Origin: a virus
Length of the DNA stretch: 64,000 bases
Strand: one strand, 5' to 3'
Virus record (IMG/VR): IMGVR_UViG_3300000115_000005
Position 1 is the stretch's first letter, and every line of letters starts with the position of its first letter. The translations under genes were made by a program, and so were the position numbers. Under the pieces are notes generated by a model. It did not search any database. It was given only the letters and a program-made list of their open reading frames with translations, and was not told the origin of the DNA. Below, piece after piece: positions 9,763 through 19,366 of the stretch.

Positions 9763-9908
9763 AGAAGTTAAAAGATTTTAAAAAAGAAATTACACAAAGA
9801 AATTTAGTACATTTAAATGCTCCTAAATCGGGTGCAGGTAAACACTCAGATCGTAAAAGACAAACGAAACAAGGTTATATGAAACATAAAGGAAAAATGT
9901 ATGGCTGA
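9759..9908 (+). CDS. Small basic protein (49 aa, not in ORF track)
   Basis: MKKLKDFKKEITQRNLVHLNAPKSGAGKHSDRKRQTKQGYMKHKGKMYG; overlaps both neighbours. Confidence 0.6.
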   Translation: MKKLKDFKKEITQRNLVHLNAPKSGAGKHSDRKRQTKQGYMKHKGKMYG

Positions 9909-12606
9909 TCAATATGGAAATTTTAGTTTATTCTCAAAAAAAAATATAGCTCGGCCAACAGGTTATCAATATCCTGTAGGATTAACTACTTTTTCAGAAG
10001 GCGGCGTTCCAACTGCAAACGCAGCCACAAATTCAACTGGCGGAACTCAAACAGTTAATGGTTCTATTGCTGTTCACACTTTTGATAGTTCAGCCACTTT
10101 TGTTCCTAAATTTGATGGGTTTGTTAATTTTCTTGTAGTTGGCGGAGGTGCTGGAGGTGCAGGTAACTTAGGTGGTGGTGGAGGTGCAGGTGGTGTTAGA
10201 CAAGGTATACTTTATGTAACAGAAGATACAACATACAATGTTTCTGTTGGTGGTGGAGGAGCTGGCGGAGGAACTGGAAGTGATGGAACAAATGGTGCAA
10301 ACGGAACTAATTCTATGTTCGCAACTGTTAGTTCATCAGGTGGAGGGTATGGTGCTCAAGGAGGCGGTGGTTCTCCAAACTCTGAAAACGGAGCTTTAGG
10401 TGGTTCAGGCGGAGGTGCAGGAGGATATGCAGCTGATAGAGATGGTGGTTTCGGTAATAAAGGTCTTATTTTTCCAGTAGAGGGTCATGATGGTGGTAGA
10501 GGTGATTCAGCTGGAGCAGCTCTTGGAGCTGGTGGCGGAGGCGGAGGTGCTGGAGCACCAGGCGGTGATAGTATTGGAGGTAGTCCTGGAGGTTCAGTTC
10601 CAAAAATGGGTTTTTCTCATGGTGGTGCAGGAGTAAATTCAAGTATAGATTTCACATCTACTGCTTATGGAGGTGGAGGTGGCGGAGGAATATATGGTCC
10701 AGCTAGCAGCTCACCGGCTGGACTTCCAGGATTTCCACAAGGCGGAGCCGGTGGTGGCGGTAATGGAGGATATGCTAGTGTAGCAGGTGTTGCAGGCACT
10801 ACGAATCGTGGTGGAGGCGGAGGCGGTGGAGGATATCCTGGTTCTGCTGGAGGTGCAGGCGGTTCAGGACGAATTATTATAAGTTACAATTCAACACAGG
10901 GTACTGGAACTGCAAACGGTTTTCCAGGATCTACTGGCGGTACAAAAACAACATCAAATGCTTATGCTGTTCATAAATTTACATCATCTGGAACTTTTGT
11001 TCCAGATTTTGATGGTTCGCTTGAAGCTTTAATTATTGCAGGAGGTGGAGGTAGTGGAAATGGTAATGGCGGTGGCGGTGGTGCAGGTGGTGTTTTATTA
11101 AAACAAGGAATAGCAGTTACAGATGGAACATCATATACTATAACAGTTGGTGATGGAGGAGCAGGTTCTTCTCCTGCTACAGCTACCTCTGCTGGAGCTA
11201 ACGGTGCTAATTCAGGTTTCGGTGATACTTACTATGCTCAAGGTGGTGGAGGTGGTGGGGGTGGTTATAATCCAGGTACTCACGGACGTGGTATGAGTGG
11301 AGGTTCCGGCGGCGGTGCTGGATATACCGGACCTAATGTTGGTGGTCTTGGTACTGATCATCAAGGAACAGCAGGCGCTAGTGCTCCAGCTTCCAATCGA
11401 CCTGCTGGTGGAGGTGGTGCAACTCAAGCAGGTCATGAGGGATCTGCTGGTACAGGTGGAAAAGGTGGCGATGGATTTTATTCTAATTTTGAAAATGAAG
11501 CTGTTACTGTTGCTTATGCAGGTGGTGGCGGAGGTGGAGCTGCTACACCTGGTGCAGGAGGTATAGGAGGTGGCGGTGCTGGGGGAGCTGCTGGCACAGC
11601 AAATCGTGGTGGCGGAGGCGGAGGCGGTGCGCCCAGTGCTGTTGGCCAAGCTGGCGGTTCAGGTGTTGTAATTGTAAGATACGCTAGAACTAACCAACCA
11701 GGAATTGTGTCACAAGGTGGTTCATCAACTGGCGGAACTATAAGCCTTCCGGGTGATGGTTATAGAGTGCATACTTTTAATAGTCCTGCAACATTTACAC
11801 CTTCAGAAGATATGGAAGTAGATTATCTAATCGTAGGTGGTGGCGGTGGTGGAGGTGGTAATTATAATGGTGGAGGTGGCGGCGCCGGTGGGTTAGTTTA
11901 TAGAGAACAACAATCAGTAACAGGCGGTACAGGATACCCAGTTGTTATTGGTGCTGGTGGAGCTGCAGGAAACGGACCACCAAATACTGCTGGAGCTAAC
12001 GGATCAAACTCTGTTGCATTTTCAGTAACAGCACTCGGAGGTGGAGGCGGTGGTCACTATGATGGACCAGGAGGTAGAGGTGGTGGTTCTGGAGGTGGCG
12101 GTGTTGGAGGACCAGGAGCCTCTAGACCTGGAGCACTTGCAGGATTAAGTTTTCAAGCTGCTACCGGAATTGGAGGAGCAGGTAGTTCAGGAGGTGGTGG
12201 TGTAATCGTAGATTGGGGTGCTTCAGGTGGCGGAGGCGGTGCTGGTGGAAAAGGTAGTACAGGTCATGCCGCTGCCCGTAACGGACCTGGAGGTGGAGGT
12301 TTAGCTTTCAACATATCAGGAGATATGGTAGGTTATGCCGGTGGCGGAGGTGCTGGTTCAACACCGAATGGTGTTACCGGAGGAATAGGTGGTTTCGGAG
12401 GTGGAGCTAATGGCGCCTCTCAAGCTGCAACCGTAGATGCAATTGCGAATCGAGGTGGTGGAGGTGGAGGTGGTTACACACCAGCTTCACCAGCTGGGGG
12501 ATCAGCCGGAGGTTCAGGTGTTGTAATTGTAAGATATAAACAAAGTAAAGTTCAAACAGCAGAAGAAAAATATTCTATTGGCGGTGCAACGGGAGGTCCG
12601 GTATAA
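9901..12606 (+). CDS. Glycine-rich repeat protein (three domains), probable virion fibre/decoration
   Basis: Three units HxF.S..TF.P...L(V/I)(V/I)GGG ... GGSG.(V/I)I(V/I).Y; 26-nt exact DNA repeat at 11656-11681 and 12511-12536. Confidence 0.75.
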   Translation: MADQYGNFSLFSKKNIARPTGYQYPVGLTTFSEGGVPTANAATNSTGGTQTVNGSIAVHTFDSSATFVPKFDGFVNFLVVGGGAGGAGNLGGGGGAGGVRQGILYVTEDTTYNVSVGGGGAGGGTGSDGTNGANGTNSMFATVSSSGGGYGAQGGGGSPNSENGALGGSGGGAGGYAADRDGGFGNKGLIFPVEGHDGGRGDSAGAALGAGGGGGGAGAPGGDSIGGSPGGSVPKMGFSHGGAGVNSSIDFTSTAYGGGGGGGIYGPASSSPAGLPGFPQGGAGGGGNGGYASVAGVAGTTNRGGGGGGGGYPGSAGGAGGSGRIIISYNSTQGTGTANGFPGSTGGTKTTSNAYAVHKFTSSGTFVPDFDGSLEALIIAGGGGSGNGNGGGGGAGGVLLKQGIAVTDGTSYTITVGDGGAGSSPATATSAGANGANSGFGDTYYAQGGGGGGGGYNPGTHGRGMSGGSGGGAGYTGPNVGGLGTDHQGTAGASAPASNRPAGGGGATQAGHEGSAGTGGKGGDGFYSNFENEAVTVAYAGGGGGGAATPGAGGIGGGGAGGAAGTANRGGGGGGGAPSAVGQAGGSGVVIVRYARTNQPGIVSQGGSSTGGTISLPGDGYRVHTFNSPATFTPSEDMEVDYLIVGGGGGGGGNYNGGGGGAGGLVYREQQSVTGGTGYPVVIGAGGAAGNGPPNTAGANGSNSVAFSVTALGGGGGGHYDGPGGRGGGSGGGGVGGPGASRPGALAGLSFQAATGIGGAGSSGGGGVIVDWGASGGGGGAGGKGSTGHAAARNGPGGGGLAFNISGDMVGYAGGGGAGSTPNGVTGGIGGFGGGANGASQAATVDAIANRGGGGGGGYTPASPAGGSAGGSGVVIVRYKQSKVQTAEEKYSIGGATGGPV

Positions 12607-12923
12607 TTAAGAAACTTTTTCTTCTTCTCATAGTCTTAAGCTTTAGTGTAGGTGCGGTACCACCACCAAGAGGTGTTGATCCTGTTGAAGCAAAAAAACG
12701 TGAAAGAATTAATAAGATACAAAGAGAGAAAGATCGTAGAGATGATATGTGGTGTTATATCAAACAGAAAAAGAAATTATCTGATGGTGGGTTTCAATGT
12801 ATATACACTTGTCCAGCTAGATGGAAAAATGGTAAAAGGCCTGAACCACATATAGAAAGTAATAATGTGGGACCAGGTTTTGGTTGCCCTAGTTCAATGA
12901 ATGTTTTAAGGAGAGGTAGATGA
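12606..12923 (+). CDS. Secreted Cys-motif protein with apparent ATT start (105 aa, not in ORF track)
   Basis: (M)KKLFLLLIVLSFSVGA signal peptide, WC...CIYTC...GCP; GGAGG at 12592-12596; fills the gap exactly with overlaps at both ends. Confidence 0.65.
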   Translation: MKKLFLLLIVLSFSVGAVPPPRGVDPVEAKKRERINKIQREKDRRDDMWCYIKQKKKLSDGGFQCIYTCPARWKNGKRPEPHIESNNVGPGFGCPSSMNVLRRGR

Positions 12924-13291
12924 TTAGGATAATAAATGCAATTGTAATACCAATTTGGTTTATACTTTTTATTTGGATCTTTACATCAACACAAGTATTA
13001 GCAAGTAATAGCGTTCAAGATACTAGCATTGGAGACAAAGTAGCTGGTGAAAAAAGATACAATGTAAATTGTAAGAATTGTCATGGACCTGCCGGTAAAG
13101 GTGCAGCCAGTTATCCTAAAATATCAGGTAAAGAAATGTCTTATATAAAAGATAGATTAGAAACATATAGAAGTGGTAAAGAAATAGGACCTAATTCAGC
13201 TTTAATGATAATGATGGCAAAATCATTGACTGATGAAGAAATAAATAATTTAGCTGCGTATCTTAAAGATGCAAAATATATGGTGAAATAA
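12920..13291 (+). CDS. Monoheme class I c-type cytochrome (c553/c4-like)
   Basis: CKNCHG heme motif, YPKISG, axial Met region ALMIMMA, LTDEEINNLAAY; N-terminal signal/TM. Confidence 0.92.
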   Translation: MIRIINAIVIPIWFILFIWIFTSTQVLASNSVQDTSIGDKVAGEKRYNVNCKNCHGPAGKGAASYPKISGKEMSYIKDRLETYRSGKEIGPNSALMIMMAKSLTDEEINNLAAYLKDAKYMVK

Positions 13292-13635
13292 TGAAACAAT
13301 TATTAGTAATGTTTACAATGTGGTTTGTATTATGTAGTGGTTTAATTTTTATTGCTAATGAAGCAACAGCGGCTTCATGTGGAAGTCCTTTTAGTGGTAA
13401 TCCACAAGCACCAAGATGGGATTTAATTAAAGCAGAAATTGACAAAGCAAATAAACATGAATATTATAGACCAGTACAAGTAAGAGAAAATATATTAGTT
13501 CATGTTTTATATGATGAAGAAAGAGAATATATTGTAATAAGTAAAACTGCTTCAATGTTAGTTCCTGAAGCTAGAGAACAATTCAAAATAGCTGTAAGAG
13601 AATGGATAAAAAAAGGAATCGAATATGGAAGTTAA
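13291..13635 (+). CDS. Secreted hypothetical protein
   Basis: Signal-peptide-like N-terminus; coupled ORF. Confidence 0.55.
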   Translation: MKQLLVMFTMWFVLCSGLIFIANEATAASCGSPFSGNPQAPRWDLIKAEIDKANKHEYYRPVQVRENILVHVLYDEEREYIVISKTASMLVPEAREQFKIAVREWIKKGIEYGS

Positions 13636-14029
13636 TCAAGAAACATTACAATTGATGGATCCTTTAGCAAAAATGCCAGAACAAGAAATGCCGGTTCCAT
13701 TTGTACTTGCTGAGAGTGCAGCTAAAAAAGTAAAAGAATTAATTAGGGAAAGTGGTGAAGAAGCTTCTCGAATGATGTTAAGAGTATTTGTACAAGGAGG
13801 AGGATGTTCTGGATTTCAATATGGCTTTTCTTTTGCTGAAGAGATAGAAGAAGATGATACTAAAGTAGAAAAGTTTGGTGTCACTATGTTAGTAGATAGT
13901 ATGAGTTATGGTTACTTGGTTGGTTCAGAAATCTATTATAAAGATGATCTTAATGGGTCACAATTTGTAATAAGAAATCCAAACGCCAAAGCAACTTGTG
14001 GGTGTGGTTCTAGTTTCGCTGCCGGTTAA
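13625..14029 (+). CDS. erpA: A-type Fe-S carrier ErpA/IscA
   Basis: [17 protein letters not shown] and [14 protein letters not shown]. Confidence 0.93.
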   Translation: MEVNQETLQLMDPLAKMPEQEMPVPFVLAESAAKKVKELIRESGEEASRMMLRVFVQGGGCSGFQYGFSFAEEIEEDDTKVEKFGVTMLVDSMSYGYLVGSEIYYKDDLNGSQFVIRNPNAKATCGCGSSFAAG

Positions 14030-14249
14030 CAACTTTTAGAACATCTCTGTATTGGGTGAAGTGTAATTCATTCTCAACAAAATCTAAGAACTCACCAACA
14101 GTCCAATGGCTTATTGACTCACATTGTTTTTTATAATGCACAAATACAGTTAAGTTTTCTATATCTGAGATTGTTCTACTTATAGTAATCTTATCGTCAC
14201 CGTTTAAATTATTTTTAAGTATTGTAATATTTCTATCTCTAATGTTCAT
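14010..14249 (-). CDS. Hypothetical protein
   Basis: ORF coupled to the upstream gene. Confidence 0.45.
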   Translation of the reverse strand: MNIRDRNITILKNNLNGDDKITISRTISDIENLTVFVHYKKQCESISHWTVGEFLDFVENELHFTQYRDVLKVVNRQRN

Positions 14250-15208
14250 TAAAATCCATTCGGTACTATTATGTAATGTATTGAAAGAACTATGCCTACT
14301 GAAGCACCTAATCCAATCATCATCTTAAAAAAATCTTTAGTGATAATAGGAAAGACTACTTTAAATTTACCATTACCTGTAACTGTAGCCATTGCAAGTT
14401 CACGACCACAAAGTAACCCAACAAATACCCATGTTGTTGACATTGGTATATCGTTTAGCTCTTTGAAAAACCATAATATAATAAAGTAAACACCATCAAT
14501 GATTGTTGCACTTCTTACATATCTAGTATTATGTTTTGATAATACTATTTGTTGAATTTTACCCCCACCTTCACGAAACATAAAACCTAAACCCATTACA
14601 AATAATAATGATATAGCAACCATTAAGTCCCATGGAATCACTCTAGGAAGGAATACAGCTATGTTTGCCATATCATGACCAAGCCATGTAAACCATAAAC
14701 AACCTGTGGTAAACCATTGGCCTATTCGCCAGTACCTTTTATGTTCTTCCTTGACATGATCAAACTCATTAAGTATTTTTGAAACTATAATCCAAATAAG
14801 ATAGGCTGCTACAGCTGCAACTGCATATCCCATCATAGACTTCATCAACATTTTTTCTAATACAAATGACGAGGCAAAAGCTGACAATACGAGAAAACTT
14901 GTACTAACTGGAATACCTACTCTGGTTAGTATTAATAGGATACCTGGTGCCATTGCATGATACCATTGAATCTCTTGAAAAGGTATTTTGTTTAATCGGC
15001 CATAACTTATATCACCACCATTAGTATACCAACCAAACCATAATGTATAAAGTAATACTGCACTTGCAAATCCCCAAAGAATTTTCCAATTAAATCTTTC
15101 TTTATTAGAAGCAATCCATGTTCCAAGTGTTTGAACAGAATCATTTGCAATTACAGCGTAACCAGCAAAAATAAAACCTACTGCCATCCAGAGAGTCATA
15201 ACGTCCAT
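14249..15208 (-). CDS. Polytopic membrane protein, PiT/PHO4 phosphate-permease-like
   Basis: About 9-10 TM segments; internally duplicated motifs IANDSVQTLG...PVSTS and HDMANIAV...PMSTT resemble the PiT signatures. Confidence 0.6.
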   Translation of the reverse strand: MDVMTLWMAVGFIFAGYAVIANDSVQTLGTWIASNKERFNWKILWGFASAVLLYTLWFGWYTNGGDISYGRLNKIPFQEIQWYHAMAPGILLILTRVGIPVSTSFLVLSAFASSFVLEKMLMKSMMGYAVAAVAAYLIWIIVSKILNEFDHVKEEHKRYWRIGQWFTTGCLWFTWLGHDMANIAVFLPRVIPWDLMVAISLLFVMGLGFMFREGGGKIQQIVLSKHNTRYVRSATIIDGVYFIILWFFKELNDIPMSTTWVFVGLLCGRELAMATVTGNGKFKVVFPIITKDFFKMMIGLGASVGIVLSIHYIIVPNGF

Positions 15209-15222
15209 ATTGTTTCTATCCC

Positions 15223-15246
15223 AAAAAAAACCCCGCCTAAGCGGGG
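15223..15246 (-). terminator. Rho-independent terminator of pqqA
   Basis: CCCCGC-TTAG-GCGGGG followed by T8. Confidence 0.9.
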
Positions 15247-15264
15247 TATCGTTAGCTAATAATA

Positions 15265-15342
15265 CTACTTAGATGCAACGTACATTGTGATTTCAAATCC
15301 AAATCTTAAATCAGTCGCTGCTGGCTTAGTCCATTTATTCAT
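15265..15342 (-). CDS. pqqA: PQQ precursor peptide PqqA (25 aa, not in ORF track)
   Basis: [25 protein letters not shown]: W-x-K-P leader, R-F-G-F and E-x-x-x-Y core; AGGAGG RBS upstream; terminator downstream. Confidence 0.96.
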   Translation of the reverse strand: MNKWTKPAATDLRFGFEITMYVASK

Positions 15343-15442
15343 AATGCCTCCTATATTAAATGGGTTATATAATAATTTAGTAAATGTTAGTGATATATGA
15401 TATAAAGAAAATCATGAGTTTCATATGATCTTAGTATAAACA

Positions 15443-15757
15443 CTAATCCTCTTTATTTTCTAATTTAGTGTCGTATGAATCTTCCCTACTATAATTTGTC
15501 TTTTTATTTAACTCATACATAGTATCTATACCTGTTTTTTCATCAACTTTTGTATAAACATCATTCCAAAATTGTTTTTTTGACAAATAACGAATTTGAT
15601 TCTCATCCATTTCTGAGCAGTTCACTAAAACCGTTGGTAATTGTTCATGCCAGTTGTCCATACCAACTTTTGATGCTTCAATTGCTTGCTTTTCACTATC
15701 AGCTTCAATTACATAGTAGTTTCTTGTGATCTCAAGCGTTTCGATCACATATTTCAT
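15443..15757 (-). CDS. Hypothetical protein
   Basis: ORF in operon. Confidence 0.55.
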   Translation of the reverse strand: MKYVIETLEITRNYYVIEADSEKQAIEASKVGMDNWHEQLPTVLVNCSEMDENQIRYLSKKQFWNDVYTKVDEKTGIDTMYELNKKTNYSREDSYDTKLENKED

Positions 15758-16038
15758 GCTGTTTCCTTTTCTGTAAGTGTAGCTGTAGTGTAATTTCTAA
15801 CAGAATCCCAACGAAATGAGCGCCATTCTTGCTTTTCTAGATCAAGAACGGGTTGAGCTTTCGTATTTGCATCAAATTTTGGCTCAGTTTTCATTTTTGT
15901 GCCAAATTTTGCTACAAGAGCACCCGGATTTAGCGTACATATCATTTTTCTACGCTCTTTATTTAATTTTTCAAAAATAATTTCGACTTTGCCTTCTTCA
16001 AGGTCGTTAAATAGTTTCTTTTTGTTATTTGGACTCAT
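15754..16038 (-). CDS. SH3/WYL-like beta-barrel phage protein
   Basis: F.K...E.R.M.CTL...DLEKQEWRSFR motif. Confidence 0.7.
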   Translation of the reverse strand: MSPNNKKKLFNDLEEGKVEIIFEKLNKERRKMICTLNPGALVAKFGTKMKTEPKFDANTKAQPVLDLEKQEWRSFRWDSVRNYTTATLTEKETA

Positions 16039-16486
16039 TTATTTTATCTCCAAGAATTGATTTCAACATATTTGTTACTTTTTTATTATACATTCTTAGT
16101 TTAATGTTTGTCAAGTAGGTTTCAAACCATTTGCCTGAAGTTTTTGTCTTACGAATGATTGCTCCGTAGACTCCGTGACCTGTAAGATTCATTATATAGC
16201 CCACAGGGTCGCCTAAAATTGCTTCAAATGAGCAATCAAACTCTGGATTATTCATTTTACTCGTTTTTAGCAAACAAATGTGATACTTATCGCCTAGTTT
16301 TGTGTTTTCGATTGGTTCGTGCGAGGCGTTTTTTTCAGTTACACTAAAATATTTGAAATCAAAGCCTTCTTCTTCATCATCTATTATTGGTAAAAAATAG
16401 AATCCATCATATTTCTCTGGAGCATCACTTTTATTCATCATATAATTTTTCTTATAAAGCTTTTTTGTAAAAAATGTGTGTGTCAA
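16025..16486 (-). CDS. Hypothetical protein
   Basis: ORF in operon; true start may be internal. Confidence 0.55.
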   Translation of the reverse strand: MTHTFFTKKLYKKNYMMNKSDAPEKYDGFYFLPIIDDEEEGFDFKYFSVTEKNASHEPIENTKLGDKYHICLLKTSKMNNPEFDCSFEAILGDPVGYIMNLTGHGVYGAIIRKTKTSGKWFETYLTNIKLRMYNKKVTNMLKSILGDKINESK

Positions 16487-17078
16487 TTTTATCTATTCTA
16501 TATTTTGGCGCCGCCCAATTTGGACTTACATAATCAGCGTGATAATATAGTGCGTGTTGAAAGTTTTTCAACTCAAGACCACGGCTTAAAATTTTATATG
16601 CCATTTGTTTCGATTTTTTCCAAAGAGGACCTTTAGGATGTTTCCAACGAATTGAACGATTATTTGCCCATGAGAATTGATGGTGAGCCATAACAACTTT
16701 ACAGATTGAATCGCCCCAACGTCCACTTCTAAGTCTATTAAGAGTAACTTGTGCTACAGCTATTTTACCAAAGTCACTTTCTACGCCTGCTTCATGGTAA
16801 ATATTTTTTGCTAAACAGAATAAATCAATTGATTTGTATGTTACTGGATCTGGAACTGTGATCAACTCGTACTTGTCTTTTAAATCATCTATTTTATCTT
16901 GTTGTTCAATATTCAGCTCTTTGATTTTAACAATACTCTCTCTAATCTGATTTATTTCAACAAAGACTTGTTTGTCTCTTTGATATTTTATATCAAAATA
17001 AAGATAAAAAATTAAAATAGTAAGTAGGCTTAGAGATATAACTGCACCTAAGATTGTATGATACTGTTTCTTTTCCAT
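16452..17078 (-). CDS. SleB/Hydrolase_2 cell-wall hydrolase with N-terminal TM anchor
   Basis: CLAKNIYHEA, AVAQVTLNR, QFSW, YYHADYV.P.W, IDTHIFY. Confidence 0.9.
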   Translation of the reverse strand: MEKKQYHTILGAVISLSLLTILIFYLYFDIKYQRDKQVFVEINQIRESIVKIKELNIEQQDKIDDLKDKYELITVPDPVTYKSIDLFCLAKNIYHEAGVESDFGKIAVAQVTLNRLRSGRWGDSICKVVMAHHQFSWANNRSIRWKHPKGPLWKKSKQMAYKILSRGLELKNFQHALYYHADYVSPNWAAPKYRIDKIDTHIFYKKAL

Positions 17079-17079
17079 A

Positions 17080-17295
17080 TTAGACCCTTATGAAAACTCC
17101 TACACCATAAACTAAAAACAAAAACATATTCATAATAAACAATGCCCAATCTTTTACGATATAAGCATATATCAAATATAAGAATGTTCCTAAACTAAGA
17201 AAAATAACACTAAAAGGTTGTATGTTGAAGGTAACAAATGTTGCACCTAACATAATGCAAAAGACACCACCCCAACGTAGTATTATATTTATCAC
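17080..17295 (-). CDS. Small three-TM membrane protein
   Basis: Hydrophobic; KD.AL..MN pattern. Confidence 0.55.
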   Translation of the reverse strand: MINIILRWGGVFCIMLGATFVTFNIQPFSVIFLSLGTFLYLIYAYIVKDWALFIMNMFLFLVYGVGVFIRV

Positions 17296-18518
17296 GCAAT
17301 CTTTTTCTGTATTTCAATCACATTATCTAAAGGATGAACTTTATTGAAAGAGTGGCCTTTCTGGTACTTTTTATATTGTCTGTCAACCTCAGAAGCAGAG
17401 ATAAACTTAGATACATCATCAAACTCTGTATCTTGCACAAAAAAATTGATACTGATAATCATATCCCAAAGACCATTAGTTGTATTCCATTTACATCTAT
17501 TTTTATTACCTAATTTATTCCTGTTTAATGACATCCTGTCTAGTGCTTTATGAATTGATTCCAAAAGATTGTATCTTTTTTTCACTAAATCATCATTATT
17601 TTTAGGCCTCTCACCTAAATGAACATACAATCTACTTCTACAACCAAATTGAAATTCATTTCTGGCAACAGCTGCAATTACATCTCTATCAATCATATTA
17701 CCTCTCATGACAATATTGACTATTCTTTCACCATTTGGATAATCTCTCGTTTTAACAACATCTGTCGAATTCTCGGGTTTACCATTAACCCACTCAGGTG
17801 CATTTGTATATCTTTTACCTGCTTTGTTAGGACCCTCACCATATAAGTGTTGTTTGATTAATTTTGCATCTAAGAGTTCAAACTTTACTTTTTTATTTAA
17901 CGCACCAAAAACTCTTTTTAAAATTTTGGTTCTACCAGCTTCTTTAGAAGAGGGACTCATATCTTTGATAATTTTAAGTACGTCATTTTCATCATTGGGT
18001 AATTTACCTTGAATATGTAAATCAATCAAACAAGATTCGATATCCTTTTCTTCTTGTTTAACATGAGGTTTTTCATCATTAGTTCGACCTCCAACAACAG
18101 CTTTTGCTACTGCATTATCGAACTCAAAAACCTCAAACCAAAACTCAAAATCTGGATTGTCCTCTATGTACATTGTGTATAGAGCATCTATTCTGTGGTG
18201 CCCTGCTACTAAACACCACCTCTTACTTGATTCACACCAATGTATGATTGGTAATTTCTCAGCTGTGTCCCAACCATGCTGTTCAAGATAGTCTTTCAAC
18301 TTTTGTCTATCTGAAGGTGAAATGACTTTTTCTCTATTGTGATTACCATCTTTATCAGATGATGGATTGTAAACATCACTAAGTTTTAATTTTTTACGCC
18401 CTACAAAATGAATTGCAGCTGCGTGTTCTGTATTTACGAAATCTAAATTAGAAGATGGTGTTAATTCATTTATCTTCTTCAACTTATATTGCGAATATTC
18501 TATTGGTGGTAAAAACAT
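17292..18518 (-). CDS. ParB/Srx N-terminal-like domain protein
   Basis: LPII...LVAGHHRIDA motif; has its own early promoter. Confidence 0.6.
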   Translation of the reverse strand: MFLPPIEYSQYKLKKINELTPSSNLDFVNTEHAAAIHFVGRKKLKLSDVYNPSSDKDGNHNREKVISPSDRQKLKDYLEQHGWDTAEKLPIIHWCESSKRWCLVAGHHRIDALYTMYIEDNPDFEFWFEVFEFDNAVAKAVVGGRTNDEKPHVKQEEKDIESCLIDLHIQGKLPNDENDVLKIIKDMSPSSKEAGRTKILKRVFGALNKKVKFELLDAKLIKQHLYGEGPNKAGKRYTNAPEWVNGKPENSTDVVKTRDYPNGERIVNIVMRGNMIDRDVIAAVARNEFQFGCRSRLYVHLGERPKNNDDLVKKRYNLLESIHKALDRMSLNRNKLGNKNRCKWNTTNGLWDMIISINFFVQDTEFDDVSKFISASEVDRQYKKYQKGHSFNKVHPLDNVIEIQKKIA

Positions 18519-18549
18519 AAAAACCTCATAATTTAATTAATATAATATC

Positions 18550-18578
18550 ATTTTAACAAGTAAACACTCAAATGTCAA
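18550..18578 (-). promoter_or_regulatory. Early sigma70-type promoter with adjacent palindrome at 18582-18599
   Basis: TTGACA-17-TAAAAT; TGTTG-N8-CAACA. Confidence 0.8.
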
Positions 18579-18599
18579 GCCTGTTGTTTTTATACAACA

Positions 18600-19085
18600 T
18601 TAATAATAATTGAAATTCATCACGATTCGAGGCAAATCTGTGCTTTCAATAGCTGCGTGTTTTAAATGTGATGGGAAAGTTACCAATCTATTTTCAACTG
18701 ACTCGATCTTTTGCCCACTCTCTTCAAATATTGTATAACCATTATTTGTATTCATATAAAGTATAGATGTTGTATGACCTGGATATAAAGCCATATCATT
18801 ATGAAATCCAGATTGAGCACCACGATTAATATCTGGTTGTAGATTGACTTTTATACGAACATATATTGGATTTTTATTTGCTAGAACTTTAGCTACATTA
18901 GGAAACCAATTAGACGTTGGCACATTTATTTCATATAAAACATGAACAAACTGGTAAAGACCATCATCTGGTTGAGTAGTTTTATTTTCATGATAGTACC
19001 ATGGGAAATAGTTGTCTGCAAATATTTTTTTTAAATCTTTTAAAACTTCTTCACTACAATAATTATCTTCAATTTTTATATTCAT
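18600..19085 (-). CDS. 2OG-Fe(II) oxygenase family protein
   Basis: FHND, ILYMNTNNGYT, ENRLVTF...H, RIVMNFNY. Confidence 0.8.
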   Translation of the reverse strand: MNIKIEDNYCSEEVLKDLKKIFADNYFPWYYHENKTTQPDDGLYQFVHVLYEINVPTSNWFPNVAKVLANKNPIYVRIKVNLQPDINRGAQSGFHNDMALYPGHTTSILYMNTNNGYTIFEESGQKIESVENRLVTFPSHLKHAAIESTDLPRIVMNFNYY

Positions 19086-19366
19086 TATGCGTATTGATCA
19101 AATCTGCCTTTTGGTTGACGTTTTGTTTTCTTTTCAATTGGTGTTACTTTTTTCATCTTCTGTGAATACTTTGTTGAGTATTTTGGATCAGTTGTAGAAA
19201 CTGGTGATGGAAAGAATTTGAAAGGTATCATTTTAAGACCACACATTTATAAGAATGATACCGATTAAACCAATAGTAATTGAATTAAAAATAATTGTGC
19301 CCCATACTAATCTATCAATTTGTTTAATACATTCTTTGTATGAATCAATTGGTGGTATTACTGTTT

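Noticed and set aside
11212-11649. 145-aa Ser/Thr-rich minus-strand ORF and the 11297-11566 alternative-frame ORF
   Set aside because: Shadows of the Gly/Ala codons of the 901-aa gene
12652-12855. 67-aa ORF from the track
   Set aside because: Wrong frame; the 12606-12923 frame has a signal peptide, an RBS and exact coupling to both neighbours
12920-13291. Calling the cytochrome XoxG/MxaG (cytochrome cL)
   Set aside because: Too short, with a c553/c4-type pattern; direct MDH partnership is not supported
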